Shown: positions 1 to 12,919, counted from the first letter of the stretch. The stretch: 49,608 nt of DNA from Polymyxa betae A26-41 (GCA_003693705.1 RBZT01000294.1:1-49608), one strand, 5' to 3'. Notes: a model not told the origin generated them from the sequence alone. A program made the numbers and translations.

Positions 1-3000
1 TGTCCGTCAGAGAAGGGAACTTCTACATAGCGTGTAATAGAGGTATTGGTGTGGACTTCCTACATCCAGTGTAAGTACGCATATATTCATTATATGCAGA
101 TTGTAATGATTTCATCAGGGCAGTATTTTTCATTTCAGCGCCTATCCATGTTGTGTAATAGTTGAGTTTACCTCCTATAAATGAATGACATAGCTGTTGA
201 AACATCTTCTGACTAATGCGATATTTGCCATTTTTTTCAGAGCTCCTCATCGCTGTATAATCTGTTGAGAGGGTTTATGCAGGGTTATCTGTAGAGTGGA
301 GTGCGCTTGCGCTTTATTGGCTATTATTTCAGCTCCTAAATATTTAATGGAGGGCATTGTTTTAATGGTCCCTCGTCTAGTACGGATCTGATCGGATGGA
401 TGACTTTCGCTGAACATTACGCATGTTTTATCGGTGTTGATTTTGGTTTTGTTCTGTAGACACCATGCTTCCATATTAGGAGTTGTGATGTTAAGCCTTC
501 TGTAACTTCGTCTTTTGTGGGCGCAGAGACCCAGCCAACTGTGTCGTCTACGTAAATATTCGAATTGGTTGCTGGGAGCGGCATATCATATACGAATATT
601 AGCTAAAGTAGAACACTGAGGCTGGATCCTTGAGGGATGCCGTTCTTTTGTTCTCGGGTTTGAGATAGGGCGTTTTTATGTGTTACTGTGAAAGTTCTTT
701 CGCATAACCAGTCATAAATTATCAATATTAGTTGAGGTGGGATGCCTAGTTTATCATTTTTTTTACTGATATGTGTTTAGGAACTCTGTCATACGCTTTT
801 GTGAAATCGTAAAATATGCATCCGAATTGTTCATTTTTGGCCGCGCTTGTACCGCAGTAATGCATTAGGCGTATGAGTGCGTGTGAGGTTGAGTGACCTG
901 TACGGCACTCGAACTGGTTTCGTGGCAGTTTATTGTTGATTAGGTCTCGGATTCGAGTTTGTATTATGAACTCGGTGAGTTTTGATACATTCGAAAGCAG
1001 GCTGATCGGGCGATATTCTCCCGGTTTTGGCTTGGGGAGTGCGACGATCCGAGCGGATTTGAGCTCGTTCTGGTAGGTCCCGATTTTAAGAATCTGGTTG
1101 TTGATGGCAGTGCAGAGCAGTTGCAGGAGGTCTTTATTTTGCATACTATCTTAAGTGATTTGTTGGAGCTCCTATCCGGGCCAGGTGCAGACCGATTATT
1201 TGCGGCTTTAAGGGCTTGTAATAGTTCACGTTCACTTATATGGTGACAGGTTCTCGTTTTTTGAACGCTCTTGCAGGTTGACAATATTTTGCTGTAGCTC
1301 CTGTCTTTCCCGGTCGTCCGGAAGAGCATCTTGTTGGTCGAAGATGGATTCGAATTGGTCAGCGATGCGCTCTGCAGTCTCTTGGGCTTCACCTTGTTCC
1401 TGTGGAGTTTGTTGTGCTTTTTTATTGAGTGAAGGTTCAATCTGTTTTATAAGTTTAAATATTTGTGCTCCCGTCTCGTCTTCGCATGCGGTGCGTAATC
1501 TGGCGATGATGTTCTGCGTTCGTGCTTTGGAGAAAGCTTTTGCGAACAGTTTGCGTTTTTCTTTGTATTTAATAACTCGCTCCGATAGCTGCTGACTTCT
1601 TTTTCTAGCTCTTATAATTTCAGTGCGGGCTCGATTACGAGCTCGTCTTGCCTGAGACAATTCTTCTGTCCAGAATCCTATTGGTCTGTGTTTCATTATT
1701 TTAAAAGTGATCGCCTGGCTAAGTAGTTCTTTTATTTGTCTTAGGTCGACGGAATCTCTATCGATTTCGGCCATGCTCAATGTCAGTTTTTTAAAAGTCT
1801 CTTTGCAGTTCAAAACTGTGTATATCTCGTTACGGTAATCGCGTTTAGGGAAGTTGCGACTGTTGGATTCGATTTTGAGTTTACATATAGTAGGGAAGTG
1901 ATCGCTGTCTAGCTTACGCAGCACTTTCCATTCGATGACGCTGTGTTTCGCTTTTTTGCTGCCTAATGTAACGTCGAGCATGTTGTCATCTCTAGTTTTG
2001 CTTTTGGGGTCACTGATTACTCGTAAAGGACCTACTGGATATAATATTGCATCTAGATGTTGGAATGTGTGGGGGTGGTTAATGCCGAACCGAGAATCTT
2101 GTGTATTGAGGTCACCTGTAATGATGAGCTTCATTTTGAATCTTTTGTGTAGAATTAGCTCATTGTGATGATCACTCTAATGGGAGTCGGCAGACGGCGG
2201 TCAAGCGGAATTGAACCACACTTTTATTTCCAAAAGAATAATGAACAAGAAGGACACATAAACAGGACAGGTCAGGACAGGACAGGACAGGGGCTGCGCC
2301 AACGACGCTTAATAGAAGCGGCACTTGCGTACAGGACTACTGGACCGCTGCTGGTCAAAGCAGCTGTCTTGGAAGGAGCGGCCTCCCGGGCGGGTTGCGC
2401 CGGAGTAGCATCTTCATCTATTTTGAGAGGCTGCGCCATTCCGACTTCGTCAGGTAGGGTGTTAGGGTTTAGGGTTTTGATGTCGTGTGTCACGACACTC
2501 ATAGATTGTGTCCCAGTTAGTGTCAGGGGGTATATATGCGTGGATTAATGTGATATCGTCTTCGATTTCTATGCATTGAACCTGAATTCTGGAAGTGGTT
2601 TGCAGTCCAAGTTCTTTAGTGATTATTTTGACTGAAATCCCGTTGCGCCAAAAATTGGCGCTTTGTGTGTCTCGAGGTGTATGATCAAAGTGTTGGAAAC
2701 CGGTTATTTGTCTCCTGGAGCCCAGCTCCGATACGCAGATTATGTCGATTTGTTTTTTCTTGCAGAGGTGTGACAGCTCTGTTGCCTCGCCCAAGTTCAA
2801 GGATCGCGCGTTCCACTGTAAGATAGTTAGCGTTTCGTTTTGCGACGTTAAAACTGCGGGGGTGGGTGCCGTGTTTTGAACAGATCATGTACTGAAATAA
2901 TTTGTAATTAGTGTCTGTGACCTTTGACTGTTTGGTGTGTTTCCGGACGGGGGCAGTCGGTAAATGCAGTTCCTCGCTTCATCGAGTCTGTCATCTTGCC

Positions 3001-3300
3001 AGATAGATTGCTTCTGGTGTGGTCTGTCACTTCGGTTACTGATCATAGTTCGGCTACTATTTGTAAGAGTTTGTATGGTAATGATTTTATTGTTGTTTGA
3101 CTTAATGATCCAACTGTTTATTGTGGATTGTTTAGTTGGCTGGTGCTCCGCGTAAATGGCATTCTGGGGCCAAATGCCCTTCCAAGTTGCAGGTATCGTA
3201 ATGGGGGTAAACGCTATCTGGTCTGTCGATTCTCGGAGACAGCAATCAAGTCGAGGCTCTTTTGGCATCAGCTATCGCAAAGTTTTAAATGGATTTTACC
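1..3300 (-). mobile_element. Degenerate non-LTR retrotransposon (LINE): APE endonuclease plus reverse transcriptase, frameshifted
   Basis: Endonuclease motifs IDIICVSE, LIITGDLN and DSDHFP (2800-1232). RT motifs SAPGPD, IVALPKP..YRPISLL and DFTKAYDRV (1230-746), GIPQGS and YVDD (~640-545), KYLG (~340). The 5' boundary is approximate. Confidence 0.92.
2164..2497. mobile_element. Solo LTR inserted in the LINE endonuclease
   Basis: TGT...ACA termini with a 5-bp TSD CTCAT at 2159-2163 and 2498-2502. Excision restores the frame WDTIYE|LILHKRFKMKLIITGDLN. Contains (CAGGA)n and TTAGGG-like repeats. Confidence 0.9.
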
Positions 3301-3831
3301 CGTAATCCTCAATAATCAATCATGTTGCTGAAAAAGTTATTTGATGTGTTAACAGAATGAAACTTGACCTAAATCATGTCCGGTGATTCGTGTTGGTATC
3401 TTCTCGACAATTTGGATCGACAGATAGAGCGACCTGCAGCTTGAATCCATCAAAGCCAGCAGGATTAATTCTTGCTAATTCCCAGTTTGGAGAAAGATTT
3501 TAGTTACAACTTTCATGTCATTTTTGGTTGGATTTCTGTTCGATTTTCGATCGCTTGCGTTTTATCAAGATTCTGAGATATCCAGCGAAGGGCAATAAAC
3601 AAACGACTCTACAGTTGTCGAATCGGTCAAGCACTCTGAACGACCTCAATCGTCTATAGGGCTGCCAACGTTTACTGGGACGCCTGAGCAACTCGAATTA
3701 TTTTTCAGCTCCGAAAACGTTTGCAACACTCGATCATAGAACCATTCAATAATAATGCAGCTCCTCGACACAGCAAACTACTCCGAACAAGAATCTCAAC
3801 AGACATAGAGAACTTTTCATTGGTTTTTGGC

Positions 3832-4227
3832 TGCATGGAGGCGGGGGCCAGTAGGGTATATCAGCCCACTGATCAAGTCTAATAGCGGCATTGGGAGGCC
3901 TCGACATGGGGTATTAGACGTTGAGATTCAGCAGCGGTCACTTAAACAAACCCTAGCTCCCTGTCAGGCTAGGGTTTCACGTGACTTGCTCTCCAATGAA
4001 CCGTCATGTGCAGGTTCCAATAGCAATTTCTTCTGGGATTGCTGTGGCTGTTCTCCGTCTCGTGAACGCCCCTGGGCAAAGTACGACCTGATCACTACTG
4101 TAATGATGATTTCGGAGAAGGAATTCTTTTGTCTGTTTTTCTCTCCTCTCTCACTTCGGAGGCTCCTCTCATTTCTACCTGTTTGAAAAAACAGGCTGTT
4201 CAGCATGCTCGAATAAACTCCCATACA
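3832..4227. mobile_element. Possible solo LTR relic
   Basis: TGCATGGAG...CTCCCATACA imperfect inverted termini and AATAAA near the 3' end. No matching TSD. Confidence 0.35.
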
Positions 4228-5132
4228 GATTCACCCTGATTGTAATTAAGGCAGTGTAATATGATCGTGAAATCGTAAGATGTGAATTTGGAAGCTTTGG
4301 AAGCGAATTGTCTTGAACAGACTCTGAGCAGAACTCGGGTTTTTTTTTCTAAACGAGTTAATACTTAACCGATGTAATTTCTTGCTATGTTGAATATAAT
4401 AAATCAATTCGAAATGATCTCTATAATTCAGAGCGCGAATTCAGCCAACCGAAATTTTGATAAGCAGCTGGATATGGGGATCCGGGCTATCTCATATTCA
4501 CTTCCTTCGATGATCCTTTACTAATGAGTTTTGCAGCCTTCCTGAAAATGACAAAACATCATTCCTGATCCTATATAAAAGACTATTCTGCATCCTGATC
4601 GATTACCGAATCTGTCAGTGAGAACGTTTTGTGTATTTTCATGACAAATTTTGGTTCAAATCTGTCAATGAATCTTCTAGAGAGAATATCGTCAAATTGC
4701 TGTCCGCAGAGCGGCATTGAAGACGGCGCGTGATCGAAATTTCTCCAGAAAATTCCTGAAACTTTTTATGATGTTTTCAACCTTACCGCCACCACTGCGT
4801 CATGATCATACAATCATTCGTTACACCATGCTGATAAAGCTGATCTCTGGTTTACGGTGACCCTCATCTTAATGGGCGTACTGATCCATTGCGACAGCTT
4901 ATGAAGATTGGTGATTGAAATGGCAGCGTCCTTGAGCCAGGAAGGCGAACGTACATCTCGTTGTCCGCCCCAGTACGACAGCAGGCTGCAGCCATCAGTG
5001 GCCCGGCCTCGTTTCTACCCGGATTCGTTACAACAGACCACACAATGTAGCGTTATGTTCCGGTGCTGTGAATAGGTAGCGCCTCAAGAACGGCTCAGTG
5101 ACCATATCAGCGTACGGATTGAATAGTAAGAC

Positions 5133-5228
5133 GCCAGACTGGCAGGGAGGCCGTACAGCTGTCATGGATTACGCTACACAACATTGTCGCAAGGCGCTAA
5201 ACTGGCAGGGAGGCCGCACAGCTGTAAT
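5133..5228 (+). repeat. Two ~34-bp direct repeats
   Basis: ACTGGCAGGGAGGCCG(T/C)ACAGCTGT occurs twice, about 62 bp apart. Confidence 0.8.
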
Positions 5229-5357
5229 GTAATATGATGTTACACACCAATGTATGGCTCGGCGATTTTTGTGGTGCTTTCGTCGGCCGACTCGGCCATT
5301 GCTGACAGAGTCGAGTGATCGATCGACCCTGATTGGTAGCAAAATATAGAGTCAGTC

Positions 5358-6041
5358 ATGTTACCAATCCTGGATTTAACATTCATTGGCGTTACCGGTC
5401 TGATCTCGGCCGGGTTCACGATCCTGATCTCTATCGTGGAACCCGACGGCATCTGGCTCTTCGTTACCATGCTGTTCGCGGTCCTATTGTGGGCGATCTT
5501 CCTGTTAATGTTACTCGAGTCTGTAAATCGGTATCGTGAGCGCTTACGGGCCTCCATCAGCATCCAGGACGGCGTGCACGAAATGCAGTCGCGTCCCAGT
5601 CACAGTGCTGCGTTACGAGACGAGTTCAACGTTACCAAAAGACAGCAGTCGAGAGATTTGTTACAGAATGACTTGATGGAAGAGTCCTCTGAAACGCAGC
5701 CGCGTCACCAAACCCATCTTTCGTTACACGACATGGATAACGTTACCACGAGGCCGGAGAGGAACGATTCGTTAGAGCAAGACTCGATGGCGGCGAATCG
5801 CGACCATCACATTGAAGACGTTACTAACACGCAACGTGCTGCTTTACAAGACTATCAAGTCATGCAGGCCGACACGTTACAGCATGGTATCGTTAAAGGC
5901 CGCTCGGCTGACCTGCCTGAAACCGTTTCGGAGCGATCATTGGATAGCGATACCGACAGCGAACATGCGGACGAGAAACGTGTCGCCATCAGTCAGGACG
6001 ATTTCGTGGAGATTGGCCGAGCCGAGGCCAGTCTTCCCTGA
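5358..6041 (+). CDS. Hypothetical 227-aa protein with two N-terminal hydrophobic helices and an acidic/disordered C-terminus
   Basis: Uninterrupted ATG-TGA ORF. Hydrophobic segments LTFIGVTGLISAGFTILISIV and IWLFVTMLFAVLLWAIFLLMLL. No recognised family. Confidence 0.5.
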   Translation: MLPILDLTFIGVTGLISAGFTILISIVEPDGIWLFVTMLFAVLLWAIFLLMLLESVNRYRERLRASISIQDGVHEMQSRPSHSAALRDEFNVTKRQQSRDLLQNDLMEESSETQPRHQTHLSLHDMDNVTTRPERNDSLEQDSMAANRDHHIEDVTNTQRAALQDYQVMQADTLQHGIVKGRSADLPETVSERSLDSDTDSEHADEKRVAISQDDFVEIGRAEASLP

Positions 6042-7140
6042 ATTATGTTACCGCCATGTTAGCAACAGCAGAACCAATAAACTTTACCATATCCTCGCAC
6101 TTGTGCGTCTCTGTTATCAAGACAAACCCTAACGTTGCCAATGTCGAAAGCTCAGCTTGGGAGTAACGTTGCGATCCCCTACCGTTACCAATATCGAAGC
6201 TCGCCTGGGCGTAACGTTGCTGGCAGCGCGAGCTCGTTAATGGCCTCTTTTGGAAGATGGCCAGTACGTCAAGAGGTCGCTTTTTGCAGGCCAAAATCAG
6301 CACGAAAACGACCCGCGCGGCACCGAACTGGCCCAACCTTCCGAAAAGAACTGCGACCGTTGAATATCCATCAGGTGATGTCTGATAGCGCGTTCAATTG
6401 AGAAATGAAGGACTCGTAGTGCGGCCAGCGCTGAGAGGACTACACGCTGGATGGAGCTTACAAAACCCTAACCCTAAGGCGGTTTTGCCAGTTCGGCAGA
6501 ATCGACCCATTTCGCAATTACGCATCCGACTGATATCAATCAAACCAGTCTTTGTAGCATTACTGCTAAGATTTGGTGTCCAGTACAGAACGCCACGGAA
6601 GCTAAATTGAAGTTATGATTAAGTCCAAGGGGGACAGTACGCCCTAAGGACGAATTGAAGATAAAAACAGTTATTGTTTTCCACCCTTTCTGTCATTGCT
6701 GTGCTGTCATTTATCCTGGAAGGATCACATTAAATCGCATGATAACCAGTGCTGGTAACATATCATCCGCAATAAGGCACCCGGATAAAGACAAGTCTGG
6801 TTTGTAACATGACAATCTATGTCAAAAAGAATCACAGAGAAAGCCCCTGACTGCCAGGGCTGTGTCAGTAACATTACAGTCCATCATCTATACTGGACGA
6901 ACCGCATACGATCGCAATAAGGCAGCACTGTCGCCATCAGGCAGCCTGTTTCAGTCAACAAAGAAAGCTCGATGCTAAAAATTGCAGATGATTTTTCATG
7001 GTACGATGTTGGAGGTCACCACAAGATTACTGAATCATATGCTTATGTCCCTGTTTGTCGGCAACCTCGTAGGAGCAATATTAGAATAGTAATGTTACGA
7101 AGGCTGGACAGAGTACTGAGTTGATACATAACGATCGGCA

Positions 7141-7331
7141 GCTTTCAGTATTCTTCTCCCCATATTGCGATTGGCCTCTCAGGCAGGCTGCAATGGAGGT
7201 CAGGAGGCCGCTTTCAGTATTCTTATCCCCATATTGCGATTGGCCTCCAAGAAGGCTGCTACAATATGGAGGTCAGGAGGCCGCTTTCAGCATTCTCCCA
7301 ATATTGCGATTGGCCTCTCAGGCATGCTGCA
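7141..7331 (+). repeat. Tandem repeat, ~2.7 copies of a ~70-bp unit
   Basis: GCTTTCAG(T/C)ATTCT..CCC(C/A)ATATTGCGATTGGCCTC starts at 7141, ~7210 and ~7283. It abuts family copy 1 where the signal peptide should start. Confidence 0.9.
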
Positions 7332-7334
7332 TTT

Positions 7335-9011
7335 ATTGCGCTGCTTGCTGTCTTTGGCCTTGTAATGCTACAGACTCTCAGGAAGAGACTCCTAACAGTG
7401 TGTCTCTTCCAGATCTAAATGTGAGTCTCTATTCTCCCGATCTCACAGACACAGGAGAAGGATTGCTGTTCCAGGATGAAGACGCATCACTTTTTAGAGA
7501 TATTGTTCCCGCATTTCTTCAAATTCAGGAAACTGTCAATGTAATGTTTCCTTATCAAGTTTCATGTTTTCATAATCGCTGAGATTTTCATAATCAGAAT
7601 GATGAACCAGCTGAAATTATCTCCCGGAAACGTTCTCGTATTGAAGAGATATCGCCACTAACTGAACTTCACGATTCCCTCAATCATGATGTGACTGATA
7701 TCAATGATTATAACAGTCTCTGCAAGTTTTTGGTGAATTTTAAGAAGCCTTTTCTGAACAGCTGTATATTGACTGTAGATTAGATCAAAGAGCCGAAGGA
7801 TGAAGAATTTCTTTCTCTGTCTTCAAATTCCGATAATAATGCAGTTCAAAGCTCATTGATCAATTGTCAGTTTGTTATCAATGTGAAAGGACATGATCTG
7901 GATGTGAGCGAAATCAGGCGAATGCGTGCTAATAGAGCACTTTACAAAAGCTGATTCTGATTGCGAATTTGTATCGGAAATTGACCTGGGCCTCTCGGAA
8001 ATATGAATGGAATTGGAGGAAGGATGATTTGAATATACGGGATTGGATGGCTCAAGTGTGTCGTCCTGTATTACGATGTGTCATACAGTGATGTCAGAAA
8101 GATCTCCGGAGATTTCAGACACTCTGGGGGAATCCCTTCAGTCATTGGAATCTCCATAAAGAATGTTCCGGAGATAAATGCCGATCTAAACTGTCAGCTG
8201 CTGAACAGTTGATGAATCTGTTCCGAAACCGTTCTGGAATCTCTATTAACCCTCCTGATCTACAGAATGACGAAAACCCGTTTTCAAAACGGATGAAGTT
8301 TAGTTCACCACCAAAACAACTCGTTCTGCCACTGTTTAGTTTTTTTTCCTGAATTTTTGAGCTTTTTTGATTTCAATGTGGAGAAGATCACAGACTACAC
8401 TACTCTGTGTGCTTTTCTGGTGAGATTTTTCATATTAAATGGGGAATCTCACACAGAATCTGTAATTCAGAAAAAGCAGCCTGATGATTGTTTCAATCTC
8501 GATGGGGAAAGCCGTTTCAGCATTCTTCTTTTCAAAAGTTTTGTTAAAGGCACAAAGGCAAGAGTAAACAGTGCGGATTTGAGGCTCTCATTATCAGTGA
8601 CAATGAGAGATACTCCATCATATCACAGCTAGTTCATGATAGAGAAGAACATGCTCATTGTCTATTGAGATATTCTCTGAAAGGATTTGAGACGGTATTA
8701 CTGTGTTCAAGTTTATTTGGTATTTCTGAATATTTCACAGAGAGAACCTCATGCTGGAGTGTATTCAGCGAATGCATAATCACATGAACGAGGAGAATTT
8801 GAATCCATCACCTGATCTGCGTGAATATCTCGAACATTCTTTAAATCCAATATTATACTCTCTTGAACATCATTGTAATAATGATGTCAATTATTTCTCT
8901 CATATATTTGGACATTATATAGATCATTATCAATTTCGACAGAATTTCTGTCCAGGACATACTGGACAATGTCCTGCTCTATCTGCACAGAATTCTTCCC
9001 AGACCTCATAG
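7335..9011 (+). pseudogene. Cys/His-module family copy 1 (5' end replaced, internal deletion)
   Basis: Homologous to copy 6. No start codon, TGA at ~8089, frameshifts, and most of module 2 deleted at ~8489. Terminal exon intact, with AATAAA after the stop. Confidence 0.85.
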
Positions 9012-11019
9012 TCAATAAAGATTGTTCAATTTGCCCCAGCTCTACAAATGCATAACGCTGCATCTCCTTCCAATGTGTTTACAGGATGCTATGAATATAA
9101 AGTGGATTTTCAGTTTAGATAGAAATTTAGGGCTGGATGTCATTTTTCGACGGGATTTTATTAAGAGGTAAAAGCCGGACGACTTTTATACAATGCCACT
9201 CCATTGCTGTCAGTGAATATGAGAGACTTTATGGTAGATATTGCTGTTACACCTAAAATGCTTCAAGGCTGAATTTGTGTTGAACAATTGATCGGACAGA
9301 AAGCGAGCTTAATTGTCATTAAGATCCGCGTTGACGATCCTGTGTTGAGACTCACTGTGAATAAAATCGGACTCTACAGAATGTGATGCAGAGAGCTGTG
9401 TTCTGTCCGACAGCGAATCCAGCCAAATTTTCAAGAATTGTGATGATCGCTGCTGTTAATGCTAACAAGAGTATTGAATCAATAAATTCAATTCATCTCT
9501 AAATGTGTTTTAATCTCCAACTTTTCCAAGTTCATGAAATTGAGAATTAGAATCCATTCCATCGTAAGAGCATGTTATATAAATGAGCGAAATCCATCAA
9601 ACCCCTTTTGCAATGGGAATATTACGTTACAGAATGAGATTCTGCTTCAAGTTTGAATTGGAGATCGAACTGAGTTTAAAATTTTCTAGGTCCAAATAGA
9701 ACGATTGCCAGATGGTCGTATAATCGAAGTCGTACAGGATTGAGATGTGTAATGCGATGCTGACAGAAGTGTCTCCGGGCTTCCAGGTATGCTGCGGATC
9801 TCGATTCATTATGCGATGGAAATGACAGAAAGTGACCATTTTGATAACCTTGCTAGAAAGTTGCTATCAATGGGGACAATTGAGATCATGATCGATATAT
9901 TCTGTCCTATAAGACGAAGTTGAAATTTTCACCACTATACAGAATCCATGGAATATCAACAAAGAAAAGATTCCAAAAACTACTTCAAAATTAATACGAT
10001 CAAAATTTCCAGAGCGATTGTGACCAAATGTCTAACAGCAGCGTCTGATCACTGATGTTATGTTACCACGAGAAAGCTCAGCAGTAGAAGACTCATTGAA
10101 GAATAGAGTAGATGGATCTGCTGAGCAGGGCGGCTGCCAATCCTACCTTCACAAGGCTCCTCTACGTCACACTCAAAGGGCTGAACAAAAGTGTTCTTTT
10201 TGTAATTCAGCCAGCTCTGAAAACGGAATGAGCTTCTGACGATCATTAAGGTCAATAAGCCGAAATTCCTCAGGCCTTGTGCTATGGTACAGAATCGCCT
10301 CTTGATAAACAAGAGGATTTCAATGTAAATGTGCTGAACATAGGTTGAAAATGAAATTGCTGCTTGAGAATAAACTTTCGTAATCTCGAGGTGGAGGCTG
10401 CGTCAGATGTGCAAATCATAGAGGGTGGATTCTTACAAGAGCTGGGTCGGTATGGAAATTATCACCGCCGAACGCAAGAGAAAAGATGTTTTTGCGAAGA
10501 TTTACTGAAAGAGCGTGAGCTGAGTACTAGAAACAGCGGTGATCGTGTTCTATGGAGCCGAGGGAGAGTCTGATAGCAGAGGGCTGTTTTATATACTGTA
10601 GTATGGACACAAGAGACGATCTAATGTTAACGTTCTGGTTAAGGCGTTCCGGAGCAGTTTCTCTTAATCTCATGCCTGATCGAAATTGATCTAATAAAGC
10701 CGCAGCAAGACATCCAAAACATGAGATTGAAAGTACTCAGACTCAAAAAATGGGAAACTGCGCGACTGTAACTGACTCACATTTTTCATGTAAATCATAG
10801 ATAATATGAACAGGTGAGTCCCGCTTTTTGCTACCACCACTCTTTCATTTTTTTCTAATCAGTTGTAAAACATCTTCGAGATTGAAAGCCAATTCAGTAT
10901 AAATCTGATTCTCATCCATAATATTCATTTGTAATCAGACAATATTGCGCGCAGAGTTGTGTTTCGCCAAGGCTGCGCAAGATACGCAGCGTCGAGTCCG
11001 ACATTCCATATTTCTGTTG

Positions 11020-12128
11020 ATGTTTGTCCGAGCGATTCCCTTCCTAATACTGAGCCTATCTGAGTGCTTTGCTGCATGCAGTAATGAGCCTAATAATGTT
11101 ACAGACACTCTCGACAAGACTCCTGATAGAGTCTATCCTTTCGATCTCAACATTAGTGTCTATCCTCCCGATCTCACAGACACAGGAGAAAGATTGCTGT
11201 GCCAGGAAAACGACGCATCACTTTCTACAGATTTTGTTCCCGCTTTACTTCAAATTCAGGAAACTGTCAATGTAATGTTACCCTATCAAGTTTCATGTCT
11301 TTATATTCGCTGAAATTTTCATAATCAGAATAATGAACCAGCTGAAATTATCTCCCGGAAACGTTCTCGTATTGACGCGACATTATCATTAGTGAACTTC
11401 CAGGTGTTTTCAATCATGATGTGACTGATATCAATGATTATAACAGTCTCTGCAAGTTTCTGGTGAATTCAAAGAAGCCTTTTCTGTACAGCTGTATATT
11501 GACTGTAGATTAGATCAAAGATCCGACTGATGAAGAATTTCATTCTCTTTATTCAAAGTCCGACGATGATCCAGGTCAATGCTCCAAACAAAACTCTCAA
11601 CTAGTTATGAATGTGAAAGGACATGATCTGGATCGGATCGAAATCAATCGAATCCGTTCTGCTCAGAGCACATTACAAAAGCTGATTCTGATTGCGAATT
11701 TGTATCGGAAATTGATCTGGGCCTCTCGGAAATATGAATGGTCTTGGGGGAAGAATAATCTGAGAATACGGGAATGGATGAATAAGGTGTGTCGTCCTGT
11801 ACTACGATGTGTCATGGAATGCTGTCAGAAAGATCTCCGGAGATTTCAAACAATCTGGGATCATTTTAACCATCGCAAACTCCGTAAAGAATGCTCTCAA
11901 GATAAATGCCGGTCTAAACTATCAGCCGCCACTCAGTTGATGAATCTGTTCAGAGATATTTCTTCCATCTGTATTATCCCTCCTGATCTACAGAGTGACG
12001 AAAATCCGTCCTTAAAACGGATGAAATTAAGTTCACCACCAAAGCGACTCGTTCTGCCACTGTTTACAGCTATGCCTGAATTTTTGAACGTTTTTGATTT
12101 TGGTGTCGAGAAGATCACAGACTACAAT
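11020..12128 (+). pseudogene. Family copy 2 (signal peptide plus module 1, 3'-truncated)
   Basis: MFVRAIPFLILSLSECFAA start and RKRSR motif. Frameshift near 11391. Homology stops after EKITDY. Confidence 0.85.
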
Positions 12129-12859
12129 TACCTATCTTGTGAATTCGGCTAAAGCCCTTTTTCACCTCCGGCCGGTCTATCACAACAGCGATCACCTTAA
12201 ATCAATCCACTGTTTATTGAATGGACTACGGATTCTATTCTGTGGTCGTTAGCCTCGATACCATGGGCGCGACACAGTGAACCACTCTTGTAGGTCTTCC
12301 GTCTTTCGAACGTTTGTTCAGACTGGATATATTCGGATTATCCATAGCGCCAGGCCGTCCATGACGCTGAGACTTCGCTTTTGGCGCTCTCATTACAGCA
12401 TGGTCTTGATAGGGATCAATGTGTCGAGGAGCAAAACCATTTCGTTGATCTCGGTCATTAACACTTGCCAAATTTCATTAAATGCATCCCAGAAAATTTC
12501 CAAAAAAAACTCTAAACTTTTTTGTTCAAAAAGAATATATTCGATTTATTTCAAACAAAAAGCAAACGATATAAAATTTCAATTTGAATTATTCAATGCT
12601 TCGATGACTGAAAATGAAGAAGAGCCTTTTTTGTATTCAGTAAGGATCTTTTTTGATAACCCAACATTCATAAAAAAACTCAAGACGGCACTTTTGTTTC
12701 TTAAATAAAAAGACATTAGCTAGTAGCGTTAACAGCAGAGACAGAATATTTGCATTCAAAGCTAGGGTCGCTAGGAACAGTTCGAAGTAGACAAAACGCC
12801 TGTGCGATTGCCAAAACTACTGTTGATTCTATGAAGAAGAGAGCGGGATGATAGACGTT

Positions 12860-12871
12860 AGAGAGAGATAA

Positions 12872-12919
<48 letters not shown>

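Noticed and set aside
2455-2478. True telomere
   Set aside because: Only about three degenerate units, located inside a solo LTR.
7141-7331. CRISPR-like repeat array
   Set aside because: The inter-repeat segments are similar to one another rather than unique spacers, there are no cas genes, and the context is eukaryotic.
9640-10620. Short ORFs between copies 1 and 2 (also 12130-12710 and 21500-22370)
   Set aside because: No motif or splice model I can support. They are probably decayed TE sequence.
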